Positions 37,015-47,632 of a DNA stretch of 64,000 bases are shown here, in pieces (within the stretch, counting starts at the first letter, position 1; the number at the start of each line of letters is the position of its first letter). Made by a program: the position numbers and the translations under genes. The stretch is from Planctomycetota bacterium (GTDB lineage: Bacteria; Planctomycetota; PLA2; JAEUHO01). The stretch covers positions 832,001-896,000 of the forward strand of contig CBDCTJ010000007.1 of NCBI GenBank assembly GCA_965222115.1, read 5' to 3'. Below the pieces are notes generated by a model, which saw only the letters and a list, made by a program, of their open reading frames with translations, was not told the origin of the DNA and ran no database searches.

Positions 37015-37686
37015 GTGACGCCTGACGATTACCTTCCCCTTTCTGGCCTTCAACACCTACTGTTCTGCGAGCGACAGTGCGCACTTATTCATGTCGACCA
37101 GCTCTGGGCTGAAAACCAGCGGACGGAAGAGGGGAGGCTCCACCACCGCGTATCAGACGAGGCTGGATCTGAGGTGCGCCCCGGGCGGGTACAAGTGTGG
37201 GGACTTCGGGTTCAGTCATCAACGCTTGCACTCGCGGGTATTGCAGATCTAGTCGAGTATCAGAGAATTGACGGAATCTGCTCAGTTCGTGCCGTGGAGC
37301 TTCCTGGACGATCGGGGCGATGGACTCCCCTGCCTGTCGAACACAAGCGGGGCCGACCAAAGAAGGGACCCCATGATCGCGTTCAACTCTGTGCTCAGGC
37401 TATTTGCCTCGAAGAGATGCACGGCGTCACGATCGATATGGGCGCACTCTCATATCGGGCGACCAAACGGCGGATTCATGTGAATCTTGATGATGGGCTA
37501 AGAGAGCTGACACGCGATGCGGCGAAGAGATTTCACGAATTAGTCGCTTCCGGGGAGATACCACATCCGTCTTTCGGCCCTCATTGCAATGCCTGTTCCT
37601 TGGTAGACGAGTGTTTGCCAACTCTTGCTCGCGGAGCATCCATTCGCACATGGCTCGAGTCCGTACTTCGGGACGAACAACGATGA
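37015..37686 (+). CDS. cas4: CRISPR-associated exonuclease Cas4
   Basis: LQHLLFCERQCAL, PVEHKRG, QLCAQ, CNACSLVDEC. Confidence 0.95.
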   Translation: MTPDDYLPLSGLQHLLFCERQCALIHVDQLWAENQRTEEGRLHHRVSDEAGSEVRPGRVQVWGLRVQSSTLALAGIADLVEYQRIDGICSVRAVELPGRSGRWTPLPVEHKRGRPKKGPHDRVQLCAQAICLEEMHGVTIDMGALSYRATKRRIHVNLDDGLRELTRDAAKRFHELVASGEIPHPSFGPHCNACSLVDECLPTLARGASIRTWLESVLRDEQR

Positions 37687-38717
37687 GACGTTTGGGCAAC
37701 ACGTTGTACGTTACGAGCCATGGATCGCGTTTGTTCGCCGAGGGTGAGGCCGTGGTGGTGCGACTCGAAGGCAAGGTGCGTGCGCGTATACCAATGCACA
37801 ACCTGGAAGGCATCGTCACCTTTGGGACCCCCTCCATAAGCAGCGAGCTGGCATGCAGGTGCGCAGAGCGTCGGATTGCATTATCGCTCTTGAGCTATAG
37901 CGGTCGATTTCGCGCGCGGATTTCGGGGGCAACAACTGGCAATGTGCTCTTGCGAAGAGCTCAGTATCGAGTGGCAGATGATATTAATAAGGCCGCAGAC
38001 ATATCTCGTTCGATTGTGATTGGAAAAATTGTAAATCAGAGGACAATTCTACGCCGCGCGCAACGGGAGAAAAAACCATCTGACTCAGGTTCGAAGGGGC
38101 TTGCAGAGGCAGCCGAGCGACTTGGGGCATTGCTAGACAAGCTCCGTAGTTTAGTGTCGACGAACGTGATTCGCGGGATAGAGGGCGAAGCGGCCAGAAC
38201 TTACTTTGGTGCATTTAACGATATGCTGCGCGTTAATGACAACGAGTTTAAGTTCACGGGCCGCTCTCGCCGCCCACCTCGAGATCGAATCAATGCGCTG
38301 TTGTCCTTTCTGTACACGTTACTGCGACTCGACATGCAGTCTGCGCTTGAGACCGAGGGTCTGGATCCTGCTGTTGGGTTCCTTCATGTAGATCGGCCAG
38401 GTCGGCCGTCCCTCGCGCTCGATATTTTGGAGGAGCTTCGTGCTCCGATGGCTGATCGACTCGCATTGACTCTAGTGAACAGGCGTCAGTTGACACCACA
38501 GTCCTTTGATGTCAGGGAGTCTGGTGCTGTTCGATTGACGCCTAAAGCACGTTCGGTCGTGCTGACCGCAGTTCAAGATCGAAAGCGTCGAGAAATCCAA
38601 CATCCCATTTTGGGAGAAGAGGTTGCAATTGGGCTTATCCCTCACGTCCAGTCACGACTCTTGGCTCGGCACTTACGAGGAGATCTCGATGCCTATCCAC
38701 CTATGGTTTGGAGGTAA
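37683..38717 (+). CDS. cas1: Type I-C Cas1
   Basis: NTLYVT, GNVLLRRAQY, RGIEGEAA, NALLSFLY, GFLH, LALDILEE. Confidence 0.97.
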   Translation: MRRLGNTLYVTSHGSRLFAEGEAVVVRLEGKVRARIPMHNLEGIVTFGTPSISSELACRCAERRIALSLLSYSGRFRARISGATTGNVLLRRAQYRVADDINKAADISRSIVIGKIVNQRTILRRAQREKKPSDSGSKGLAEAAERLGALLDKLRSLVSTNVIRGIEGEAARTYFGAFNDMLRVNDNEFKFTGRSRRPPRDRINALLSFLYTLLRLDMQSALETEGLDPAVGFLHVDRPGRPSLALDILEELRAPMADRLALTLVNRRQLTPQSFDVRESGAVRLTPKARSVVLTAVQDRKRREIQHPILGEEVAIGLIPHVQSRLLARHLRGDLDAYPPMVWR

Positions 38718-38722
38718 ACCAA

Positions 38723-39013
38723 TTGCTTGTGGTTGTGAGTTACGATGTCGCTACCGCAGATGCTGCGGGGCGAAAGCGTTTGAGGATGGTCGCAGCGAAA
38801 TGCCGCGATTTTGGTCAACGCGTGCAGAATTCTGTCTTTGAGTGCGAAGTCGATCCCGGTCAGTGGGCTCGATTACGAGGCCAGCTCATTTCATTAATCG
38901 ACCCAGGAGAGGATCGGCTTCGGTTCTATCTCCTTGGGCGGAATTGGCGCAACCGCATCGAATCCCACGGGATGCGTATAGATCTCGACATCGATGGGCC
39001 ACTCGTACTGTAG
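38723..39013 (+). CDS. cas2: Cas2
   Basis: VSYDV, GQRVQNSVFEC, DRLRFY; GGAGG RBS then TTG start. Confidence 0.95.
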   Translation: MLVVVSYDVATADAAGRKRLRMVAAKCRDFGQRVQNSVFECEVDPGQWARLRGQLISLIDPGEDRLRFYLLGRNWRNRIESHGMRIDLDIDGPLVL

Positions 39014-39190
39014 CGCGAACCTGCAAAACACGCGGATAGCCAGGGGGTTTCCCGAATGACATAAGGTCTTTGAGACGCGGGACTTGTGAGGCATGACGTC
39101 AGAGGAACCGGGGCTCTCTTGCATTCCTATCGCCTTCCTCGCGAATCCCTGAATCTAACCTGCGGCGCTATCGATAGTTACAATAGCGGG
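39014..39190 (+). promoter_or_regulatory. CRISPR leader
   Basis: Non-coding segment between cas2 and repeat 1; begins with the GCGAACC motif typical of I-C leaders. Confidence 0.75.
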
Positions 39191-41365
39191 ATCGCTCCCT
39201 ATGCGGGAGCGCGGATTGAAACACCGAGTGGCGTACGTGGTCGCCGACAAGCGGTGATCGCTCCCTATGCGGGAGCGCGGATTGAAACAAGAACGTGCAG
39301 CCACATGATGCGATGCTGCGGGATCGCTCCCTATGCGGGAGCGCGGATTGAAACAGATGGCGCCGTGCGGCAGTCGTACGCGGGCGTAATCGCTCCCTAT
39401 GCGGGAGCGCGGATTGAAACTCCCTCGACGTTGACGCCTTCTGGGGCCAGTCGCCGATCGCTCCCTATGCGGGAGCGCGGATTGAAACATGTTCCGAGGC
39501 GTTATGGCCTTACGACCCGAGCATCGCTCCCTATGCGGGAGCGCGGATTGAAACACGACGACTCGCCGGACAAGTACACGGCCGCAGAATCGCTCCCTAT
39601 GCGGGAGCGCGGATTGAAACACTGCTAGGTTGTCGCTGTCGTCTCTACTGCCCAATCGCTCCCTATGCGGGAGCGCGGATTGAAACATCCCGCCAACGGA
39701 ATCAACCGCGCGTTGGGGATGATCGCTCCCTATGCGGGAGCGCGGATTGAAACAGGTTGAGCACCACGGCGGCAAGGGCGTTTGCTCATCGCTCCCTATG
39801 CGGGAGCGCGGATTGAAACACGTGAAACCAAACTATTCTTTGTGTCAGTCGAGATCGCTCCCTATGCGGGAGCGCGGATTGAAACCATCTAACGCGCCCC
39901 TAGAAATCACGTTCTTGGGATCGCTCCCTATGCGGGAGCGCGGATTGAAACAGCATCGTCACAATGTGCTTGAGCTTGACGATCGATCGCTCCCTATGCG
40001 GGAGCGCGGATTGAAACTTGGCACCGACGCGGGAACCACGCCCAGCAACATCATCGCTCCCTATGCGGGAGCGCGGATTGAAACGGTATTTCTTGTCTTG
40101 ATTTGCCGATAGTAGCGTAATCGCTCCCTATGCGGGAGCGCGGATTGAAACATCGTCGTCTTTCCGCCATACGTTGACGGCAGCGAATCGCTCCCTATGC
40201 GGGAGCGCGGATTGAAACCACGTAGTCGTATGTGCCGCCATACGGGCGCAGATGATCGCTCCCTATGCGGGAGCGCGGATTGAAACAGCAAGTCGGTCTG
40301 TGGGTTGGCATAGATCACGTCATCGCTCCCTATGCGGGAGCGCGGATTGAAACACGGCGCCTGGGTGGCACGGAATCGCCATGGGCTCATCGCTCCCTAT
40401 GCGGGAGCGCGGATTGAAACGGGTACCTCTTGTGACCCGCCACCATGGCGGAAAGATCGCTCCCTATGCGGGAGCGCGGATTGAAACACTTTCCACCGTT
40501 GAACGACAGACCGGCGACACCACGATCGCTCCCTATGCGGGAGCGCGGATTGAAACACCGTGTGCACCAGCGCGGCGCCGTTAGACACGGGCGATCGCTC
40601 CCTATGCGGGAGCGCGGATTGAAACGGCTGAACCGAGGGCTTTGAGGAACTCGTCCACGATCGCTCCCTATGCGGGAGCGCGGATTGAAACCAATACAAG
40701 ATGAGCGACGGGCTCCTCGTCTACGATCGCTCCCTATGCGGGAGCGCGGATTGAAACACTTCGCGATCACTCATTGTGGCTCCTACAAACTAATCGCTCC
40801 CTATGCGGGAGCGCGGATTGAAACCACGCGTCGCGGTCGAAGTAGCGTTGTGCAGTATCATCGCTCCCTATGCGGGAGCGCGGATTGAAACAACACAATC
40901 GGATAAAGACAAACCACAACAGCGTGATTATCGCTCCCTATGCGGGAGCGCGGATTGAAACCCACTGAACCGAGCCGCCTCCCTCGCGCTGCTCGTATCG
41001 CTCCCTATGCGGGAGCGCGGATTGAAACAAGATGCCCGATCTCTATAGACAGGCCGGCCACCTATCGCTCCCTATGCGGGAGCGCGGATTGAAACACGGA
41101 TGCGGATGAGCTTCTTGATGAGATTTACGAGATCGCTCCCTATGCGGGAGCGCGGATTGAAACTCCCAGTCCGTGGCGTGGCCCTCGATCATCACCAATC
41201 GCTCCCTATGCGGGAGCGCGAATTGAAACGCTGCACGCTGGGCACCAGCATGTATAGTCGGCAATTCGCTCCCCATGGGGGAACGCGGATTGAAACTCGA
41301 CTGCGCATAAGACCAGATGGCCCGCTAGTCCTTACTGCTCCCCGTGCGGGAGCGCGGATGAGCTG
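39191..41365 (+). CRISPR. Type I-C CRISPR array: 33 repeats, 32 spacers
   Basis: 32-nt repeat ATCGCTCCCTATGCGGGAGCGCGGATTGAAAC (7-bp stem CGCTCCC/GGGAGCG). 30 identical copies, 1 with one mismatch, 2 degenerate at the distal end; spacers 34-38 nt. Confidence 0.99.
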
Positions 41366-41540
41366 CTTCATCTAAGAGTGAAACAGCCTAAATGGGATCG
41401 GAGTTTACACGGTATGAGCATCGTGACTTTGTCTGCATTCCGCGCTGTAACAAGCGCGGCCTCATTACTCCGGGACCTAAGTGCCGCGGGACCCATGCGT
41501 TCCTCACGCAGACGGCTTTTCGTCATGAGAGACTGTAGTC

Positions 41541-42425
41541 ATGAGCGATTTAGAGGACACGCAAGCACTCACACGTCGAGACGTTTTGGTCGCGGGTGCT
41601 GCGTCAGCGGCGGCACTTGCGGTGGGCGCGAAGACTGCGTATGCCGCACCGAAGGCAAAGCGGCCTAGTCGAACGCCTGCAGCCTATGTTAGCCATGGTT
41701 CGCCAATGTTGGCGGTTCACAAGCAGCGCGGCGCGGAGTTTACACGTTGGACCCAGTCTTTTGGTAAGCCCGTGGCTGTCTTGATGGTGTCGGCACATTT
41801 CGAACGCGCGCCGATCACCCTAGGCGCCACGACACGCACACCGCTTGTGTATGACTTTTACGGCTTTCCCAAGTCGCTCTACCAAGTGAAGTATCCCTCA
41901 CCGGGTGCACCGAAGCTCGCTCGGCGTGTCAGGCAGTTACTAAAACCAAAGCACGAAGTTCGTCTTGACCCCAAGCGCGGTCATGATCACGGTGCGTGGG
42001 TGCCCATGAAGTGGATGTATCCCAAGGCCGATGTGCCACTGCTCTCGCTGTCACTTGTCGCGCACAATCCTGAGACGCTCTTTCGCATTGGCCGCGCCCT
42101 GCGCCCGCTTCGTGATGAGGGCGTCATGATTGTTGGCAGTGGCGCGCTTACGCACAATCTTCGAAATCGCGCAGGCTTTCAAAAGACCTTATCGTGGGCG
42201 AGCGACTTTGACGCGTGGGCCACGCGCGTCCTGTCATCAGGCAACAAAGACGCGCTACTGGATTGGAAGAAGAAGGCGCCGGCGCCGAAGACCAACCATC
42301 CGACCGCTGAACATTTCGTCCCCCTCATCCTCGCCGCAGGCGCCCGCCACGACACCGACAAAGCCACCTATCCCATCACGGGCTTTGACGCCAGCATGTC
42401 GCGGCGGTGTGTGATGTTTGCTTGA
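41541..42425 (+). CDS. Class III extradiol dioxygenase (LigB/DODA/YgiD-like) with Tat signal
   Basis: SHGSP, SAH, YDFYGFP, DHGAWVP, GSGALTHNL, HPTAEHF; N-terminal TRRDVL..AYA. Confidence 0.9.
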   Translation: MSDLEDTQALTRRDVLVAGAASAAALAVGAKTAYAAPKAKRPSRTPAAYVSHGSPMLAVHKQRGAEFTRWTQSFGKPVAVLMVSAHFERAPITLGATTRTPLVYDFYGFPKSLYQVKYPSPGAPKLARRVRQLLKPKHEVRLDPKRGHDHGAWVPMKWMYPKADVPLLSLSLVAHNPETLFRIGRALRPLRDEGVMIVGSGALTHNLRNRAGFQKTLSWASDFDAWATRVLSSGNKDALLDWKKKAPAPKTNHPTAEHFVPLILAAGARHDTDKATYPITGFDASMSRRCVMFA

Positions 42426-42446
42426 AGAGTAACGACGCGACGTTCA

Positions 42447-43538
42447 CTAAAAGTCGTACTTAATCCCCGCCGTGAGGAACGTATCAAGTTCTTCGGCGTC
42501 GGTGGGGGGGTTGAAGGTGTATTCGAGGCGGAGGCCGAGGGTGAGGTTGAGGCCGTCGCACACGGGGCGGCTGTAGAGCAAGTCGAGCACGGTGAACGAA
42601 CGGTCGAAGTCGCCGAGGTTGGCGATGAAGTCGAAGTCGGCCGTGAACACGCTGTCGTCTACGAATTTGTACTCGTAGTCGAGACCGAGGAAGGCGCTGG
42701 GGTCAATCGTTGTGCTCTCGCCTTCGTACTTTTCGTAGATGGCGCCCAGGCCGACTTCGCCCTTAAACGTCGAACGCGAGGTTTCGATCAGTGTGCGACC
42801 GTAACCCACTGTGCCCGTGAAGCGATACTCAAGACCGGCAAGTTCATCGCGATCAAAGAGGATCTCGCCAAAGTAGTAGGCGCGACGACCGACCTTGGCT
42901 TCTGCGCGCGCTTTGCCGTGCCACTCTTCGGCGGTCGTGTCACCGCTGGCTTCAGCAACGTGAAAGTTGAGACCGAACTCGTAGTTCATGACCGGCCCCT
43001 CATAACGACTTTCGCCGTTAAGGAACAAATCAAACGTGTCTGTGTTACCCGACGACATACTGAGTGCTGCTGCCAAGCTGTGACTCCAGCCGCCAGCGCG
43101 CGGTTCCGGATCGGGCGCTCCGATGTCGTCATGCGCCACATCTTCGTCGCGTATTTGTGGCGTGATGTGATGGTTGCCAGTAAGGGGTGTATTGCGTTCC
43201 ATCACCACCGCGACGGGCGGTTGCGGAGCGGGACCCGGTGCCACGGCATAGGGCGTCGTTGGACCTGAAGGAAGAGGCACGGGCATCGTGAATCGGTGAA
43301 CACGTGCAATTTGATCTGGACCAAATGTCATCCGGCCGAGGAGCGGATGCGTGAATCCAATGGACCCCGGTGCGCTTCCCGGGGGAGGCGCGGTGAGCGT
43401 GCCTTTCAATCGGTCACCATTTCGAAGCTCTACCTCGTCGGCATGGGCCGCAGGTACAACTACGGTCATCAACGCCAAAACCCCAAGTAGCAGGGCTATG
43501 AAATGGTGCTGGCCGCGTCGAGACTCCGTACCGATCAC
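42447..43538 (-). CDS. DUF481-like outer-membrane beta-barrel protein
   Basis: Signal peptide, DEVELRNGDRLKG, SGNTD, alternating beta strands, C-terminal YDF. Confidence 0.82.
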   Translation of the reverse strand: MIGTESRRGQHHFIALLLGVLALMTVVVPAAHADEVELRNGDRLKGTLTAPPPGSAPGSIGFTHPLLGRMTFGPDQIARVHRFTMPVPLPSGPTTPYAVAPGPAPQPPVAVVMERNTPLTGNHHITPQIRDEDVAHDDIGAPDPEPRAGGWSHSLAAALSMSSGNTDTFDLFLNGESRYEGPVMNYEFGLNFHVAEASGDTTAEEWHGKARAEAKVGRRAYYFGEILFDRDELAGLEYRFTGTVGYGRTLIETSRSTFKGEVGLGAIYEKYEGESTTIDPSAFLGLDYEYKFVDDSVFTADFDFIANLGDFDRSFTVLDLLYSRPVCDGLNLTLGLRLEYTFNPPTDAEELDTFLTAGIKYDF

Positions 43539-43723
43539 GTGAAGGCCTCCAAGGTCCCTATTCGCCCTTTGTTCGGTTTGAAGCGCGGCTAACTGAACAA
43601 TACACAAACGTTTTGGGCGCTTCTCGGACAGTGAACAAGAGAGCGGGACGGCTACACAAGCTGCGCGGGGCTCCGGTCTCGGGCGGAGTTCAGCAGTGAG
43701 TGCCGGGTGCGATTTTGCGAGGT

Positions 43724-45400
43724 TCAGCGGAAGCGGCGGTGGGTGCCTTTGGGTTCGGGTCCGCCGTCGTCCCCGCGTTCTTCGGCCACCCGTTCGCGGT
43801 AGGAGGAGTAGTTGCCCTCGAAGAAGCGGCCTTTGCCGCCGTCCTCGAACGACAAGATGTGTGATGCGAGCCGGTCGAGGAAGAAACGGTCATGGGTGAC
43901 GATGACGGCCGAGCCAGGGAAGGTCATGAGCGCCTCTTCAAGCACGCGAATGGTGGTGAGGTCGAGGTCGTTGGTGGGTTCGTCTACGAGCAAAAGGTTG
44001 CCACCACGCTTGAGCATCTTGGCGAGCTGCACGCGGTTGCGTTGTCCACCCGAGAGATTGCCCACGAGTTGTTGCTGCTCGGGCCCCTTGAAATTGAATT
44101 TACTGACATACGCTCGTGAGTTGATGGTGATTTTGCCTAGTTTGATTTCATCGGCGCCCTCGGAGATTTCTTCCCACACGTTCTTGGCGGGATCGAGTCC
44201 CGCGCGGTCCTGATCGACGTAGCACGGTTCCACGGTGGGCCCCATGGTGACGGTGCCTTCATCGGGCTCGAGCTGGCCGGAAATGATCTTGAGTAGAGTT
44301 GTCTTTCCAGTGCCGTTGGGACCGATCACCCCAAGCACGGCGCCGCGCGGTAAGTCAAACGTGATGTCTTCAAGCACCGAGCGCCCGTCGAAGGCCTTGG
44401 ACACACCTTCTACCGTTAGCACCTTGGTGCCGAGCTTCTGACCAGGTGGAATGACGATTGCAAGGGGATCGCGGTTCTTTTCCAGTTCTTTTTGATGTTC
44501 GGCGAAGAGCTGTTCGTACTCCCGTACACGCGCCTTGCTCTTCGCCATGCGCCCCTTGGGATTGGCGCGTATCCACTCCACTTCGCGGTCGAGCCGGCGT
44601 TTGCGTGCGCGCGATTGCGCATTGGCCACCTTGACGAGCTTGGCGCGTTCCTCGAGGTAACTCGTGTAGTTCCCTTTGAATGGACGCCCCTTCCCGCTGT
44701 CCATTTCGAGCATCCACTGCGCAACGTTGTCGAGGAAGTAGCGGTCGTGGGTAATGGCGATGACGGTGCCGTCGTATTCATCTAGATGACGCTCAAGCCA
44801 ATGAACAGCGTCGGCATCAAGGTGGTTGGTCGGTTCGTCGAGCAAAAGAACGTCGGGATGTTGCAAGAACACTTTGCACAGTGCGACACGGCGTCGTTCG
44901 CCACCGGAAAGCGTGGATACATCCGATTCGCGCGGCGGACAACCAAGTGCATGGGCGGCCTGCTTCACGGCGTGGTCCACTTCCCACGCGTTCTTGACGT
45001 CGATCTCAGTTTGTACACGTTCAAACTCGGCCATGACGGCGGCCATATCGTCGTCAGATAGCGGCTCGGCCATCTTCTCACTAAGCGTGTTGTAGCGATC
45101 TAAGAGCTTGTGAATTTCGGCGACGGCTTCGTCCAAGTTGTCACCGACCGTACCTGGTGTGAGCTCCGGTTCCTGACTGATGTAACCGATGGAGAGGTTG
45201 TCGGGCACGATGCGCTCGCCATCGAACTCGGTCTCCGCGCCGGCGAGGACGCGTAGGAGTGTGGTCTTGCCGCTGCCATTGGCGCCGATGACGCCGATGC
45301 GTGCGCCGCGAAAGAACGACAAGCTGATATTGTCCAGCACCACGTGGCGGCCGTAGGCTTTGGAAACGCGGACGAGCGTGAAGGCGTAGTCGGTACTCAT
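43724..45400 (-). CDS. ettA: Energy-dependent translational throttle ABC-F protein
   Basis: Two ABC domains (GANGSGKT, GPNGTGKT); ISLSFFRGARIG, THDRYFLDNVA, RAYVSKFNFKG. Confidence 0.93.
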   Translation of the reverse strand: MSTDYAFTLVRVSKAYGRHVVLDNISLSFFRGARIGVIGANGSGKTTLLRVLAGAETEFDGERIVPDNLSIGYISQEPELTPGTVGDNLDEAVAEIHKLLDRYNTLSEKMAEPLSDDDMAAVMAEFERVQTEIDVKNAWEVDHAVKQAAHALGCPPRESDVSTLSGGERRRVALCKVFLQHPDVLLLDEPTNHLDADAVHWLERHLDEYDGTVIAITHDRYFLDNVAQWMLEMDSGKGRPFKGNYTSYLEERAKLVKVANAQSRARKRRLDREVEWIRANPKGRMAKSKARVREYEQLFAEHQKELEKNRDPLAIVIPPGQKLGTKVLTVEGVSKAFDGRSVLEDITFDLPRGAVLGVIGPNGTGKTTLLKIISGQLEPDEGTVTMGPTVEPCYVDQDRAGLDPAKNVWEEISEGADEIKLGKITINSRAYVSKFNFKGPEQQQLVGNLSGGQRNRVQLAKMLKRGGNLLLVDEPTNDLDLTTIRVLEEALMTFPGSAVIVTHDRFFLDRLASHILSFEDGGKGRFFEGNYSSYRERVAEERGDDGGPEPKGTHRRFR

Positions 45401-45498
45401 GGCGATGTTGTACGGGGGTCGGGTCGCGCCGCCATTCTTCGCCCGAGGCGCTCGCCGTATGCCAGAATCGTCACGCAGTTGAGGTCATTCGTAGCCGC

Positions 45499-45693
45499 AT
45501 GAAATCGAGTTTCAAATCCCGAGCGATTGATGTACTGGCTGGCTTCGCGGCCTATGTCACGGCGCGTGCCATCTGGCACAGCAATTCCGGCGTCTTCAAG
45601 AACCTCATTCCCGAACTTCTCACCTTCGCGGTGGTCTATCTGTTGCTGCAAGCGCTCATTCGTGGCCGGCGGCTCGCCGCCAAGGGCAAGTAG
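45499..45693 (+). CDS. Small 2-TM membrane protein
   Basis: 64-aa ORF with two hydrophobic stretches filling the intergenic gap. Confidence 0.5.
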   Translation: MKSSFKSRAIDVLAGFAAYVTARAIWHSNSGVFKNLIPELLTFAVVYLLLQALIRGRRLAAKGK

Positions 45694-45788
45694 CGCGGCC
45701 AAAAGGGGGAGCGCCCGACCGCCCCTCCTTACACTCCGCATCCGCGCAACAGAGGTTGCGTGGTGATTCATTGGCCAGGAGACGCTGC

Positions 45789-46835
45789 ATGCGCGCGGTG
45801 GTGATTCACGAGCACGGCGGATACGACCAGTTGCGATTCGAGGATCGACCTGCACCAACGCCCGGCCCGGGACAGGTTCGTGTGAGTCTGCATACCGCGG
45901 GCCTCAATCATCTGGACACGTGGGTACGACGTGGAGTACCCGGTCACGTGTTCCCGTTGCCCATCATCCCCGGTTGCGATGGTGCCGGCGTCGTGGACGC
46001 CGTGGGCCCCGGCGTGGACGAATCACGCATTGGTGCCCGCGTGCTAATTGCGCCTGGCTTTGTACCCAGTGACGACGCATTGACTGTGAGTGGCAATGAC
46101 AACTTGTCTCCACACTATGGCATTTTCGGTGAGACCACCGACGGGACGTGCACCGAGCTGATTGCGGTGCCAGCGCGCAACGCCATTCCCATTGCGGATG
46201 ATCTCTCGTTTGCCGACGCGGCGGCATTTCCACTCGTATTTCTTACCGCGTGGAACATGGTGGTGCGCCGTGCTCGTGTAACGCCGGGCGATACGGTGCT
46301 TATCCACGCCGCCGGCAGTGGCGTGTCGTCGGCGGCCATTCAGATTGCCAAGCACGTAGGTGCAGCGCGCATACTTGCGACAACGTCTACCGAAGCAAAG
46401 GCCGATCGTGCCCGCGCACTGGGGGCGGATGATGTCATCGACTATTCCGACGCCTCGTGGTCCAAGCAGGTCAAAGCGCTTACGAGCGGTCGGGGCGTCG
46501 ACGTCGTGGTCGATCACGTGGGCGAAGCTACCTTTGGTAACTCGCTGAAGGTGCTCACACGCGGCGGGCGTTATGTATTTTGCGGCGCCACGACGGGCGG
46601 CGCAGTCAAGGCGCACCTAAACTTGATCTTTTTCAAGAACCTATCGATTCTCGGGAGCACGATGGGAAGTCTCGGAGATCTTCATCGCATTGTGCGCATG
46701 GTCGAGCGAGGCATCCTGAAGCCCATTGTCGATGACGTGCTCGCGCTCGACGAGGTGGGCAAGGCACACCGTCGTATTGAGGCGCGTGAGGTCTTTGGCA
46801 AGCTTGTCCTGTTGATACGCGGAGACGAAGCATGA
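45789..46835 (+). CDS. MDR family (zinc-binding alcohol dehydrogenase/quinone reductase-like) oxidoreductase
   Basis: GLNHLD, PGCDGAG, AAGSGVS, GSTMG, FGKLVL. Confidence 0.92.
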   Translation: MRAVVIHEHGGYDQLRFEDRPAPTPGPGQVRVSLHTAGLNHLDTWVRRGVPGHVFPLPIIPGCDGAGVVDAVGPGVDESRIGARVLIAPGFVPSDDALTVSGNDNLSPHYGIFGETTDGTCTELIAVPARNAIPIADDLSFADAAAFPLVFLTAWNMVVRRARVTPGDTVLIHAAGSGVSSAAIQIAKHVGAARILATTSTEAKADRARALGADDVIDYSDASWSKQVKALTSGRGVDVVVDHVGEATFGNSLKVLTRGGRYVFCGATTGGAVKAHLNLIFFKNLSILGSTMGSLGDLHRIVRMVERGILKPIVDDVLALDEVGKAHRRIEAREVFGKLVLLIRGDEA

Positions 46836-47632
46836 GCGCGCAGCCTACCTTTGAAACGCTCTTGCTGGCGATCGCCGCCGACGGCGTCGCCACGCTCACC
46901 TTGAACCGACCCGAGGTGCGCAACGCCATCAATCAGCAAATGGTGGACGATCTCCATGCGGCGCTCGCGTTCCTAGAGGCACACAAGGACGTGCGCGCAT
47001 TGATCCTCACGGCTGCGGGCGGTAAGGCATTCATGTCGGGTGCAGATATTGCTGAACTTCGCGAACGTCGACAGGCCGACGCGCTAAAGGGCATCAACAG
47101 CACGCTGTTTTCGCGCATGGAGCGTTTCCCGCATCCCACGGTGGCGGCGGTCATGGGGTGGTGTTTGGGTGGTGGGTGTGAACTCGCACTCACCTGTGAT
47201 TTCCGTGTGGCGGCGCCGGGTTCAAAGTTCGGGCAGCCGGAAGTGGGCTTAGGCATTATGGCCGCGGCGGGCGGTACGCGACGGCTGCCGGCATTGGTGG
47301 GACTCCGTCATGCGCGGCGTCTTTTGTTGGGCGGCGTGATCATTGATGTCGAAGAAGCGCTGGCGATTGGACTGGTGGATGGTATCGCAGCGAGCGTTGA
47401 CACACTCACCGACGAAGCACGCGCTTTGCTAGCGCCGATGCTGAAGCAGGCGCCCGAGGCCGTGAAACAAACCAAGGCAACCATGCTCGCTTGGCTTCAC
47501 GGCGAGTCGGAAGAACAGTTGATGAAACGCGACAATGAGACCCAAGCCGGTCTATTTGAACACCCGGACAAGTTTGCTCGCATGGACGCGTTCTTGGCTC
47601 GCAAGAAGCGTTCAAAGAAGGAGTCGTCATGA
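46832..47632 (+). CDS. Enoyl-CoA hydratase/isomerase
   Basis: LNRPEVRNA, FMSGADI, GGGCELAL, FGQPEVGLG. Confidence 0.95.
   Translation: MSAQPTFETLLLAIAADGVATLTLNRPEVRNAINQQMVDDLHAALAFLEAHKDVRALILTAAGGKAFMSGADIAELRERRQADALKGINSTLFSRMERFPHPTVAAVMGWCLGGGCELALTCDFRVAAPGSKFGQPEVGLGIMAAAGGTRRLPALVGLRHARRLLLGGVIIDVEEALAIGLVDGIAASVDTLTDEARALLAPMLKQAPEAVKQTKATMLAWLHGESEEQLMKRDNETQAGLFEHPDKFARMDAFLARKKRSKKESS

Noticed and set aside
39191-41365. Self-targeting spacers within the window
   Set aside because: None noticed by eye, but an exhaustive comparison needs BLAST, so no claim is made.
39086-41375. Repetitive ORFs (SLPMRERGLK, FQSALPHRER, IAPYAGARIET)
   Set aside because: These are translations of CRISPR repeats, not genes.
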